From Candidatus Actinomarina sp. (lineage in GTDB: Bacteria > Actinomycetota > Acidimicrobiia > Actinomarinales > Actinomarinaceae): 64,000 nucleotides of DNA. The stretch is from positions 810,578-874,577 of the forward strand of contig JAYQSV010000001.1 in NCBI GenBank assembly GCA_038147085.1. The letters are read 5' to 3'. A program made the translations under genes and the position numbers. The notes below the pieces were generated by a model. That model was not told the origin of the DNA. It saw only the letters and a list, made by a program, of their open reading frames with translations, and did not search any database. The stretch's first letter is position 1; every line of letters starts with the position of its first letter. Of the stretch, positions 11,598 to 20,173 are shown piece by piece.

Positions 11598-14500
11598 TTA
11601 ATCTAAAGCCTTTATATTCTCTAATTTTAAATTTGGAGTACCTTCAAATGTTGTTACCCCACCAAAAACTGAAAAAATTTCACTCCATTTTTTCTCATTT
11701 TCTAAAAGTTTTTCTGCAACATGAGAGTTTGTTTTTTCATAATGAGTTTCGATAAGAACTTTCAGATCTAAAATGTCTAAATCAGTTATTTGCCTCTGTT
11801 CTGGAGCAGTTTCTGAAATATATTGTTTAAAGTTTTTTTGCGTAGAAAGTACAAATACTTTTCCACCTGTCATACCAGCTGCGAAGTTAAAACCAATGTT
11901 TCCTAATACAACTAAAGTTCCACCTGTCATATATTCAGCACCATGAGCACTGCAACCTTCAACAACACCAATAGCACCACTATTTCTTACGCCGAATCTT
12001 TGACCTACAGTCCCTGAAATGAAAAGTTGACCTCCTGTAGCTCCATAGAGAAGTGCGTTCCCAGCAGCATGATAAGCTCCAATATTTTTTACTCCTTGTG
12101 GAATGATAGTGATACTTCCTCCACCCATGCCTTTTCCAACATAATCGTTTGCATTTCCAGTAAGTTTTAAGTTTATTCCATCCCTTATAAAGGCTCCAAA
12201 ACTTTGACCAGCTGCACCAGATAATGAAATGTATGCAGGAAAATCTTTAATTTCAGTACTTAAGTTTTTTAAAGTTATTTCCCCTGAAAGCCTAGCTCCA
12301 ATACTTCTATCTTCATTTGCAATCGGATATTGTATATAGGATTCTTTTTTGGATTTTATTGACCTAATAACTTCAGTGGTTATCCTTCTTGACAATCTCC
12401 CCTCTTCATGTCGTATAAAACCTGGGTGTTTCTCTTCAATTGCAAAATTCATTAAAATTTTATGAAGACTTTGAGATAGCTTATTATTTGAAACTTTCAG
12501 TCCTAACAAATCGGCACGCCCAACTAAATCTTCTAAATCTTTTAAATTAAACATTTCTAAATAACTTATTACATCCTCAGCTAAAAATTTGAACAATTGT
12601 ATAACTTGTTCCGGTGCGCCAGGAAATTTAGCTCTTAAATTTTTATCTTGAGTTGCTATTCCAACCGGACAAGTATTTTCGTGACACTGTCTAACCATTT
12701 TGCAACCTAAAGCTAATAAAGGTAATGTTCCAAATCCAAATCTGTCTGCACCTAAGATAGTTCCAATAATAATGTCTTTAGCTGAACGTAATCCCCCATC
12801 AACTTCAAGCAATACTTTATGCCTCATATTATTTTTAACTAAAGCTTGATGTGTTTCACTTAATCCAAGCTCCCAAGGGGAACCAGCATGTTTAATACTA
12901 ACCCAAGGGCTTGCACCTGTTCCACCATCACTACCAGCAATAGTAATAATGTCTGCTCCAGCTTTAGCCACACCAACTGCTATTGTTCCAACACCTGGTT
13001 CAGAGACTAATTTGACTGAAACTGGACAATCTGGATTAAAAGTTTTTAAATCATAAATTAATTGAGCTAGATCTTCAATTGAGTAAATGTCATGATGTGG
13101 AGGAGGTGAAATTAGTGTTACACCTTCAACGGTATGCCTTAATTTTGCAATATGAGAATCAACTTTAAAACCTGGTAGTTGTCCTCCTTCACCTGGTTTT
13201 GAACCTTGTGCCATTTTTATCTGAAACTCTTCAGCAGACCCTAAATAATCAGGTGTTACCCCAAATCGACCAGAGGCAATTTGTTTAATTTTTGAATTTT
13301 TTAATGTATTGAATCTTAAAGAATCTTCCCCTCCTTCACCTGAGGAAGATTTTGCACCAACTCTATTTGCCGCTTCGGCTAGCGCTTGATGTGCTTCTTC
13401 AGATAAAGCTCCAAGTGACATAGGGCTAATAGTAAATTTTTGGAAAATATGACTTAATTCTTCTAATGGAAAGTTTTGATCATTACTAGGTTGATCAGGA
13501 AAAGTAAATAAATCTCTTAAATGGACATCTTCTCTTTGTTCTAAAGTGCTTAAGTATTCTTTCCAATCGCTTTTTTCACCTGAACGTACAGCCTTTTGGA
13601 GATTAAGAACAGTCTTCGGCGAAGTTACGTGGGTCTCTGCATCTTTTTTATGTTTATAGAATCCACCGTTTGAAATAGGATCAGAATATTCCTTAAAAAT
13701 CAACAAATTATTTTCAATGTCTTGATAACTCAATCCTTGAGTTCTAGTTTTAGAAAACTTAAATATGTTTTTTACAATTTCATCGTTCAACCCAATTATT
13801 TCAAATAGCTCTGAACCTCTATATGATGAAATTGTACAAATTCCCATTTTTGACATAATTTTTAACAAACCGGTATTTAATGCTTTTCTATAATTTTCTT
13901 GAGCTTGATCTGGTGTAATTTGTAATTCAGGTTTGTTTAATGCTATTAATCTTACTTTTTCTAGTGAAAGGTACGGCCATACCGCAGAAGCACCATATGC
14001 AATATGGCAAGCTAAATCATGTGAATCTCTTACTTCACCAGAAACAACAATAATTGATGCTTTTAATCTAATTCCTTCATCAATTAAGTAATGATGTAAT
14101 GAAGCCACAGCCATTAATGAAGGAATAACAGACTCACCTATTTGAATTTTTCTGTCACTAAGTATGATGACAGATTTTTTATGGTTCAGAATTTCATCTT
14201 TAACTTTAATTTTGATTCTTTTTATAGCTTCCTCAAGGCTTGTTTCATCTTTCCTGTAGGTAAGAGATGTTTCGAAAGTTTTGTTTTTAAGAGTTTTTTC
14301 TTTAGTTAAAGCATCATGTGCAGCACCACTTAATATTGGGGAATCAAGTGAAATTAAGTTTGCTTGTTGAGCAGTTTCTTTAAGAATCGAGCCCCTTTTG
14401 CCGAGATAAGTTTTTGTTGACATGACAGATCTTTCTCTGATTGGATCAATTGGAGGGTTTGTAACTTGAGCAAACAACTGATGAAAATATCTTGTTAATC

Positions 14501-15971
14501 TTGGTTTAGTTTTACTTAATACTGCGAGGGCAGTGTCATTACCCATTGATCCTGTAGGGACTTCCCCTTTTGCCATTGGCAATAAAATAAGCCTCTCCTC
14601 TTCAGGGGTATAAGAATATATATTCGACAAAGCTTCGATATCAACATCACTGTCTTCTTTAGATGTAAACTTTTCATCTAAATTTAAAGGCTTAGAATTG
14701 ACCCAATCCATATATGGATTTTTTTCACTTAATCTTTCAATAACTTGATACTCGTCTAAAAGCTCATCATTTTCTATTCTGTATCGTATTGTTTGACCGG
14801 GTTCTAGTTGAGCAGTTTTATATGCACCTGCTTCAACTGATGGACAGATACCAACCTCTGATGCTGCAAGGATATATCTATCTGAAACCATCCAACGCAA
14901 AGGACGTAGTCCACTCCTATCTAATCCAGCTATTATATCTTTTCCATCTGATGCGACAATTGCAGCAGGACCATCCCATGGTTCTGTCAAAAAAGAGTGG
15001 TAGTGATAAAATGCTTTCTGCTTCTTAGTAAACTTAGGATTATTTTCCCAAGCTGATGGAATTAACATTTCCTGTGCATGTGCAAGTGTTCTACCTGAGC
15101 GTACAAGCAACTCCATTGCATTATCTAACTGTCCAGAGTCAGATATATTTTCATCAATAAATGGTTTTAATTTTTCAATATCACTTTTCCAATAATTTGA
15201 TATAGCATCTACTTCCCTAGCTTTCATCCATGAAATATTTGATTGGATGGTATTTATCTCACCATTATGAGCAAGCATTCTAAAAGGTTGAGCTTTATCC
15301 CAAGTTGATGAAGTGTTGGTAGAAAACCTTTGATGAAAAATACCAAATCTTGTTTTATATAAAGGATTCCTTAAATCCCAGTAAAAATCAGCTGATTGAG
15401 TAGCGGTAAATAAACCTTTATAAACAACTGTTTTTGAAGAACATGAATTTATATGGAGATTTAAAAATTCAATTTCACTAATCTTTTTTTCAAGAACTTT
15501 TCTGAAAATGTAAAGCTCCTTTTCAAAATCAGCATGAGTTTTATTCTCTCCACTTAAAATAACTTGATAAATCGAAGGTTTAGTTTTTCTTGCCAAGTCA
15601 CCAAGAACTTCTTTATCTGTAGGAACTTTCCTCCAATACAGCAACTTAATCTTAAAATTGCTCAATTCTGAATTTACAAGATTAATAGATTCTTCTAAGT
15701 TTTTAGGATCTATAAAGCACGAAATAATTCCTATTTTTGTACTATCAGATAAATCTATATTTAAATCTTTTAACTCAGCTCTTATTAATTCAAATGGAAT
15801 TTCGGTTAGTACTCCAGCGCCATCTCCGGTTCCATCAGCAAATTTAGCTCCTCTATGGTCTAAGTTAGCTAAACATTCAAGTACTTTTAAAGTCATGCCG
15901 TGTGTAGCAGGAAGTTTTCTTGATGAAATAAATCCTACTCCACATGAATCTCTTTCAGTAAAATCGAACAT
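11598..15971 (-). CDS. gltB: Glutamate synthase large subunit
   Basis: 1457 aa. Ntn-amidotransferase start ...SCGVGFI, an FMN/Fe-S central domain and a C-terminal GXGXG beta-helix repeat region. Confidence 0.95.
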   Translation of the reverse strand: MFDFTERDSCGVGFISSRKLPATHGMTLKVLECLANLDHRGAKFADGTGDGAGVLTEIPFELIRAELKDLNIDLSDSTKIGIISCFIDPKNLEESINLVNSELSNFKIKLLYWRKVPTDKEVLGDLARKTKPSIYQVILSGENKTHADFEKELYIFRKVLEKKISEIEFLNLHINSCSSKTVVYKGLFTATQSADFYWDLRNPLYKTRFGIFHQRFSTNTSSTWDKAQPFRMLAHNGEINTIQSNISWMKAREVDAISNYWKSDIEKLKPFIDENISDSGQLDNAMELLVRSGRTLAHAQEMLIPSAWENNPKFTKKQKAFYHYHSFLTEPWDGPAAIVASDGKDIIAGLDRSGLRPLRWMVSDRYILAASEVGICPSVEAGAYKTAQLEPGQTIRYRIENDELLDEYQVIERLSEKNPYMDWVNSKPLNLDEKFTSKEDSDVDIEALSNIYSYTPEEERLILLPMAKGEVPTGSMGNDTALAVLSKTKPRLTRYFHQLFAQVTNPPIDPIRERSVMSTKTYLGKRGSILKETAQQANLISLDSPILSGAAHDALTKEKTLKNKTFETSLTYRKDETSLEEAIKRIKIKVKDEILNHKKSVIILSDRKIQIGESVIPSLMAVASLHHYLIDEGIRLKASIIVVSGEVRDSHDLACHIAYGASAVWPYLSLEKVRLIALNKPELQITPDQAQENYRKALNTGLLKIMSKMGICTISSYRGSELFEIIGLNDEIVKNIFKFSKTRTQGLSYQDIENNLLIFKEYSDPISNGGFYKHKKDAETHVTSPKTVLNLQKAVRSGEKSDWKEYLSTLEQREDVHLRDLFTFPDQPSNDQNFPLEELSHIFQKFTISPMSLGALSEEAHQALAEAANRVGAKSSSGEGGEDSLRFNTLKNSKIKQIASGRFGVTPDYLGSAEEFQIKMAQGSKPGEGGQLPGFKVDSHIAKLRHTVEGVTLISPPPHHDIYSIEDLAQLIYDLKTFNPDCPVSVKLVSEPGVGTIAVGVAKAGADIITIAGSDGGTGASPWVSIKHAGSPWELGLSETHQALVKNNMRHKVLLEVDGGLRSAKDIIIGTILGADRFGFGTLPLLALGCKMVRQCHENTCPVGIATQDKNLRAKFPGAPEQVIQLFKFLAEDVISYLEMFNLKDLEDLVGRADLLGLKVSNNKLSQSLHKILMNFAIEEKHPGFIRHEEGRLSRRITTEVIRSIKSKKESYIQYPIANEDRSIGARLSGEITLKNLSTEIKDFPAYISLSGAAGQSFGAFIRDGINLKLTGNANDYVGKGMGGGSITIIPQGVKNIGAYHAAGNALLYGATGGQLFISGTVGQRFGVRNSGAIGVVEGCSAHGAEYMTGGTLVVLGNIGFNFAAGMTGGKVFVLSTQKNFKQYISETAPEQRQITDLDILDLKVLIETHYEKTNSHVAEKLLENEKKWSEIFSVFGGVTTFEGTPNLKLENIKALD

Positions 15972-16010
15972 AATCTACATATAGTAATGAATTGCTATCA
16001 AAATAAAACT

Positions 16011-16062
16011 AAAAAAAAGCCAAACTTATACATTTAATTTATGATTTCGTTTGGCTTTTTTT
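16011..16062 (-). terminator. Putative intrinsic terminator after amt
   Basis: Stem agccaaac (16018-16025) / gtttggct (16049-16056), flanked by an A-run on one side and a T-run on the other. The 23-nt loop is long. Confidence 0.45.
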
Positions 16063-16075
16063 AATTTAGTGGGAA

Positions 16076-17278
16076 TTACTTTTTTAATATAAAGTCTCCA
16101 TATGCAGTTGCTCCATGTTCTGATGCATCTAATCCAGCAATTTCTTCCTCTTTGCTTACCCTAAAGCCTACGGATTTATCAATTGCTTTTAGAACAATAA
16201 ATGAAGTGAAATACGCCCAGCCAGCAATTGAGACCATTCCAATTAACTGAGGAAGTATTAATGAAGTGCCTCCAAAAATTAAACCCTCGCTCGTATCAAA
16301 TATGGAGACTGCAATAACACCCCATGCTCCACATACTCCATGAACGGAAATCGCACCAACAGCGTCGTCAAGTCCAATTTTTTCAATATATTTAATTGAA
16401 TAAACAACGAGAACTCCTGCAATTCCACCTATTAAAACTGCACCTAAATTATTAACATTTGCACAACCTGCTGTAATACCAACAAGTCCAGCTAAAGCTC
16501 CATTTAATGTCATCTCAACATCTGGCTTTCCAGAAATCATTGAAGTGTACATAGCGGTTATAGATGCAGCAGCTGCAGACAATGTAGTTGTTACAGCGAT
16601 TGCAGCTAAATCAACATTTACTGCAGCTAAAGCTGATCCAACATTAAATCCATACCAACCAAACCACAAAATAAAAACACCTAATGCTCCAGCAACCATA
16701 GAACTACCGTGTATTGGAAGAGGGTTACCATTATGATCAAACTTTCCAATTCTAGGTCCAACTAACTTAACAGCAGCTAAAGCTGAGAAACCTCCTACCA
16801 TATGCACTACACCAGATCCTGCAAAATCAACAAAACCTAAATCTGACAACCAACCTTGTCCACTCCAAACCCAGTGAGTGACGATTGGATATATAACTCC
16901 ACATATAAAGGGTTGGAATAGAAGGTATGCACTAAATTTAGTTCTTTCCGCTATCGCTCCAGAAACAATTGTTGCAGCTGTAGCGGCAAATACGACTTGG
17001 AAAAAATAAGTGATTGAATCTCCTTCTAGAAAAAAGCTCCCATAAGCTAAAAAACCTCCGAGAGAAGTACCTCCGTAAGCTAATGCGAATCCAAATGCCC
17101 AATAAGTAATTGCTCCAACAGAAAAATCCATAAAGTTTTTCATAACGATATTCACTGAATTTTTTGAACGAGTGAAACCAGTTTCCACAAGCATGAAACC
17201 TGGTTGCATAAACATTACAAGAATTCCGGCTACAAGAATCCATAAATTATCTACAGCACTAATAATTGTTTCTTCCAT
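16076..17278 (-). CDS. amt: Ammonium transporter (Amt family)
   Basis: 400 aa, 11-TM profile. Amt signature regions (DFAGSGVVH, VHGVCGAWG). Confidence 0.95.
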   Translation of the reverse strand: MEETIISAVDNLWILVAGILVMFMQPGFMLVETGFTRSKNSVNIVMKNFMDFSVGAITYWAFGFALAYGGTSLGGFLAYGSFFLEGDSITYFFQVVFAATAATIVSGAIAERTKFSAYLLFQPFICGVIYPIVTHWVWSGQGWLSDLGFVDFAGSGVVHMVGGFSALAAVKLVGPRIGKFDHNGNPLPIHGSSMVAGALGVFILWFGWYGFNVGSALAAVNVDLAAIAVTTTLSAAAASITAMYTSMISGKPDVEMTLNGALAGLVGITAGCANVNNLGAVLIGGIAGVLVVYSIKYIEKIGLDDAVGAISVHGVCGAWGVIAVSIFDTSEGLIFGGTSLILPQLIGMVSIAGWAYFTSFIVLKAIDKSVGFRVSKEEEIAGLDASEHGATAYGDFILKK

Positions 17279-17338
17279 AATCTCCTTTGTTATTAAAAAT
17301 AATTTAGATGTTTTCTTGGTTAATGAAAACCTTCAAAA

Positions 17339-17376
17339 GTTAAATGATTATTACTGAAATGTTTCACAAATGTTAC
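17339..17376 (-). promoter_or_regulatory. Candidate GlnR-type operator (four 5-nt boxes at 11-nt phasing) upstream of amt
   Basis: The minus strand reads GTAAC-n6-GAAAC-n6-GTAAT-n6-TTAAC. The published actinobacterial GlnR consensus is gTnAc-n6-GaAAc-n6-GtnAC-n6-GAAAc. It lies 61-98 nt upstream of the amt ATG. Confidence 0.4.
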
Positions 17377-17434
17377 ATACAATCAAAGCAAATTAATAAA
17401 TTTTATGACTCAAGAAATAAGCTATTCTTAATGC

Positions 17435-19051
17435 ATGTCAAAAAATATTTTAGTATCTGTTGCTTGGCCGTATGCGAGTGGTTCTCGACATCTTGGGCAT
17501 ATTGGTGGTGCTTACTTACCAGCAGATATTTTCGCTAGATACCACAGAGTTATTGGAAATAAAGTCATCATGGTGTCAGGTAGTGACGTACACGGTACTC
17601 CAATAACTGTAAGAGCTGACGCTGAAGGTGTGCAGCCGATAGATATTGTAAATAAATACCATGCTGAATTTTTAAGATATTGGGAAAAATTAAATATTTC
17701 TTGGGATAACTATACAACTACCATGACAGATACTCATATTGAGGTAGTTCATGATATTTTTAATACTTTATTGAAAAATGGATATATTGATAAACAAAAG
17801 TCGATGCAAGCATATGACGCGAGTGAAAATAAATTTCTCCCTGATAGATACGTTGAAGGTACTTGTCCATATTGTGATTATAAAGAAGCAAGAGGTGATC
17901 AATGTGATAACTGTAGCAAAACACTTGATCCTGAAGAGCTTATTAATCCTGTTAGCAAAATTTCAGGTAACAAAGCAGAATTTAAAGAAACTGAACATTT
18001 CTTTTTAAAACTAAGTTCATTACAAAATGAGTTAATTGAATATCTCGACTCAAGAGAAGGATGGAGACCACATGTTATCAATTGGGCTAAATCATTTGTA
18101 AAAGAAGGTTTAATTGATAGAGCTATAACAAGAGATCTTGATTGGGGTATAACTATTCCAGTGGATGACTTAGGTCCAGGTAAAAAAATCTATGTTTGGT
18201 TTGAAGCTGTTATTGGCTATCTCTCAGCTTCTAAAGAATGGTCAAAGCTCTACGACAAAGAAGATTCATGGAAAGATTGGTGGTTGAACAAAGATGCAGA
18301 ATCGTATTACTTTGTAGGAAAAGATAATGTCCCTTTTCATGCTGTTATTTGGCCAAGTATTTTATTAGGATATGGACAACTTAATCTTCCAACCAATGTC
18401 CCTGCAAATCAATATATTTTAATAAAAGGTGAAAAAGCTTCAGCTAGTAGAGGTGTAGGTAAAACATTAGAAGAATACTTAGATGAATGGAATCCAGATG
18501 CTTTAAGATACGCTCTTGCGTCTTCACTTCCAGAACAATCAGATACTGAGATTAGTGAAGATGAGATGATTAGAAGAAACAACGAAGAATTAGTAGCTAC
18601 TTGGGGAAATTTAGTTCAAAGAGTCAGCACTTTAATTAATAAAAATATTGATAGCTTGAATTCTCCTTCAGAAGCAACTGCAGAAGATGAACAACTCCTT
18701 TCAGATTTTAAAAATGCATATGCAACAGTTGGAAAATTAATTGAAAAAGTAGAACTTAAATCTGCACTTCAAGAAACTATGAGAATTGTTTCTTCAGTGA
18801 ATGCATACTTGAACAATACAGAACCTTGGAAAGTCCTAAAAGATGATAGTGATAGAGCTTCTAGAATCTTATATACAGCTTTAACGGCAATAGACTCATG
18901 TGCAAACCTTCTTTATCCTTTTATGCCAACGACAAGTCTTAAGGTTAGAAACTCAATCCCTAAGGAAACGTATCATGAGTGGAGTGTTAATAGAGTAAAA
19001 ACAGGAGTCAAACTTGAAGAAATTGGACTCCTGTTTAAAAAATTTGATTAA
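17435..19051 (+). CDS. metG: Methionyl-tRNA synthetase
   Basis: HIGH-type motif HLGH, zinc knuckles CPYCDY...CDNC and MetRS-like anticodon-binding C-terminal region. The KMSKS position reads KASAS. Confidence 0.93.
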   Translation: MSKNILVSVAWPYASGSRHLGHIGGAYLPADIFARYHRVIGNKVIMVSGSDVHGTPITVRADAEGVQPIDIVNKYHAEFLRYWEKLNISWDNYTTTMTDTHIEVVHDIFNTLLKNGYIDKQKSMQAYDASENKFLPDRYVEGTCPYCDYKEARGDQCDNCSKTLDPEELINPVSKISGNKAEFKETEHFFLKLSSLQNELIEYLDSREGWRPHVINWAKSFVKEGLIDRAITRDLDWGITIPVDDLGPGKKIYVWFEAVIGYLSASKEWSKLYDKEDSWKDWWLNKDAESYYFVGKDNVPFHAVIWPSILLGYGQLNLPTNVPANQYILIKGEKASASRGVGKTLEEYLDEWNPDALRYALASSLPEQSDTEISEDEMIRRNNEELVATWGNLVQRVSTLINKNIDSLNSPSEATAEDEQLLSDFKNAYATVGKLIEKVELKSALQETMRIVSSVNAYLNNTEPWKVLKDDSDRASRILYTALTAIDSCANLLYPFMPTTSLKVRNSIPKETYHEWSVNRVKTGVKLEEIGLLFKKFD

Positions 19052-19434
19052 GATTTAGAATCTTTAAAAATTACGTCAATCTCATCAATTAAAGCAAGTA
19101 ATTCTTCTCCAACTTTTGGATCTTCTGTTTTCTTTGCTTCACCAGCTTTTTTTGTTGCCTTCCAAAATAAGTCATGTAGATTTGGATATTTTTCAAGATG
19201 TTCCGGCTTAAAATAATCAGTCCATAAGACCCAGAGGTGGTGCTTTACTTCTTCAGCTCTTTCCTCTTTAATTGTTACACATCTCTGTTTAAAACTAGCA
19301 TCATCTGAATCATGATATTTTTTTGAAGCATTCAGTACTGATTCAGCTTCAATTCTTGCTTGTGCAGGATCATAAACACCACATGGTAAATCACAATGTG
19401 CATATGCAACATTTTTAGGTTTAAATAAATTCAT
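19048..19434 (-). CDS. sodN: Nickel superoxide dismutase precursor
   Basis: Ni-hook HCDLPCGVYDP preceded by the short propeptide MNLFKPKNVAYA. AGGAG lies 4 nt upstream of ATG 19434. The track start at 19473 is probably an artefactual extension. Confidence 0.9.
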   Translation of the reverse strand: MNLFKPKNVAYAHCDLPCGVYDPAQARIEAESVLNASKKYHDSDDASFKQRCVTIKEERAEEVKHHLWVLWTDYFKPEHLEKYPNLHDLFWKATKKAGEAKKTEDPKVGEELLALIDEIDVIFKDSKS

Positions 19435-19474
19435 AAAACTCCTTTTTGTTATATTATAATTTGATATAGACAAA

Positions 19475-19975
19475 ATGTTTAAAACCGCTGCAAGAATCTT
19501 GAACTTTAAAACTTTATTTTTAATTCTTGGTTATTTATTTTTTAGAGAAGAAGGCAAATCTTTCTTAACTTACGAAATTAAAGAAGACAGTATGAATCCA
19601 GAATTAATGTCTGAAGATTATGTCATCGCAATAAAAAAATTTAATAGTTTAAATAGGGGTGATATTGTTATATATAAAAATGAAGAAAAAGGTTTTGACG
19701 TCGTTAAAAGAATTATTGGTTTACCAGGTGAAACTATTTCTACAGAGAACGGAAAGATTCTAATTAACTCCACTCCTCTAGAAAGTGACTGGAGTAGAGA
19801 ATCAACTGACGATTTTGTTCAAATTACGTTAAATGAAAATCAATATTTTGTTCTTGGTGATAATCGAAAGCTTTCTACTAGTGATTCAAGAACTTTAGGT
19901 GCTATAGATCAAGATAAAATTATGAAAGTTAAATATAGGTATTGGCCTTTACAAAGAGTTAGAGCTTATGAGTGA
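19475..19975 (+). CDS. sodX: S26 signal-peptidase-like Ni-SOD maturation protease
   Basis: Ser/Lys dyad motifs EDSMNPEL and VVKRIIGLPGE. Divergent from sodN, as in the described sodN-sodX pairs. Confidence 0.8.
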   Translation: MFKTAARILNFKTLFLILGYLFFREEGKSFLTYEIKEDSMNPELMSEDYVIAIKKFNSLNRGDIVIYKNEEKGFDVVKRIIGLPGETISTENGKILINSTPLESDWSRESTDDFVQITLNENQYFVLGDNRKLSTSDSRTLGAIDQDKIMKVKYRYWPLQRVRAYE

Positions 19976-20159
19976 TTCTTTAAACTGTAGCTGGTGTAAA
20001 TCTCAAATGGCGTATCTTCATGGTCATGCAGCATGTATTAATAATGCATGTGCAATGTTTGGTTTAAATCAAGCAGAATGTTGTTCTGGGGAAAATACAC
20101 AAAGCTGTGTAGGAACTCAACAAAATGAAATCACATTATCCCCGCAAAGATTAAAATAA
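19968..20159 (+). CDS. Cys/His-rich 63-aa protein of unknown function
   Basis: 7 Cys and 2 His within the first 49 residues (C7xxC10...H18xH20xxC23x4C28...C38C39...C47). ATGAGTGA overlap with the sodX stop. It fills otherwise unexplained DNA in a spacer-poor genome. Confidence 0.55.
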   Translation: MSDSLNCSWCKSQMAYLHGHAACINNACAMFGLNQAECCSGENTQSCVGTQQNEITLSPQRLK

Positions 20160-20173
20160 AATTTGGAATAAAT

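Noticed and set aside
19435-19473. 13-codon N-terminal extension of sodN in the ORF track (MSISNYNITKRSF).
   Set aside because: Ni-SOD propeptides are short. The internal ATG 19434 has an AGGAG 4 nt upstream and gives a 12-residue leader before HCDLPCG. The longer form would leave only 1 nt between the divergent sodN and sodX.
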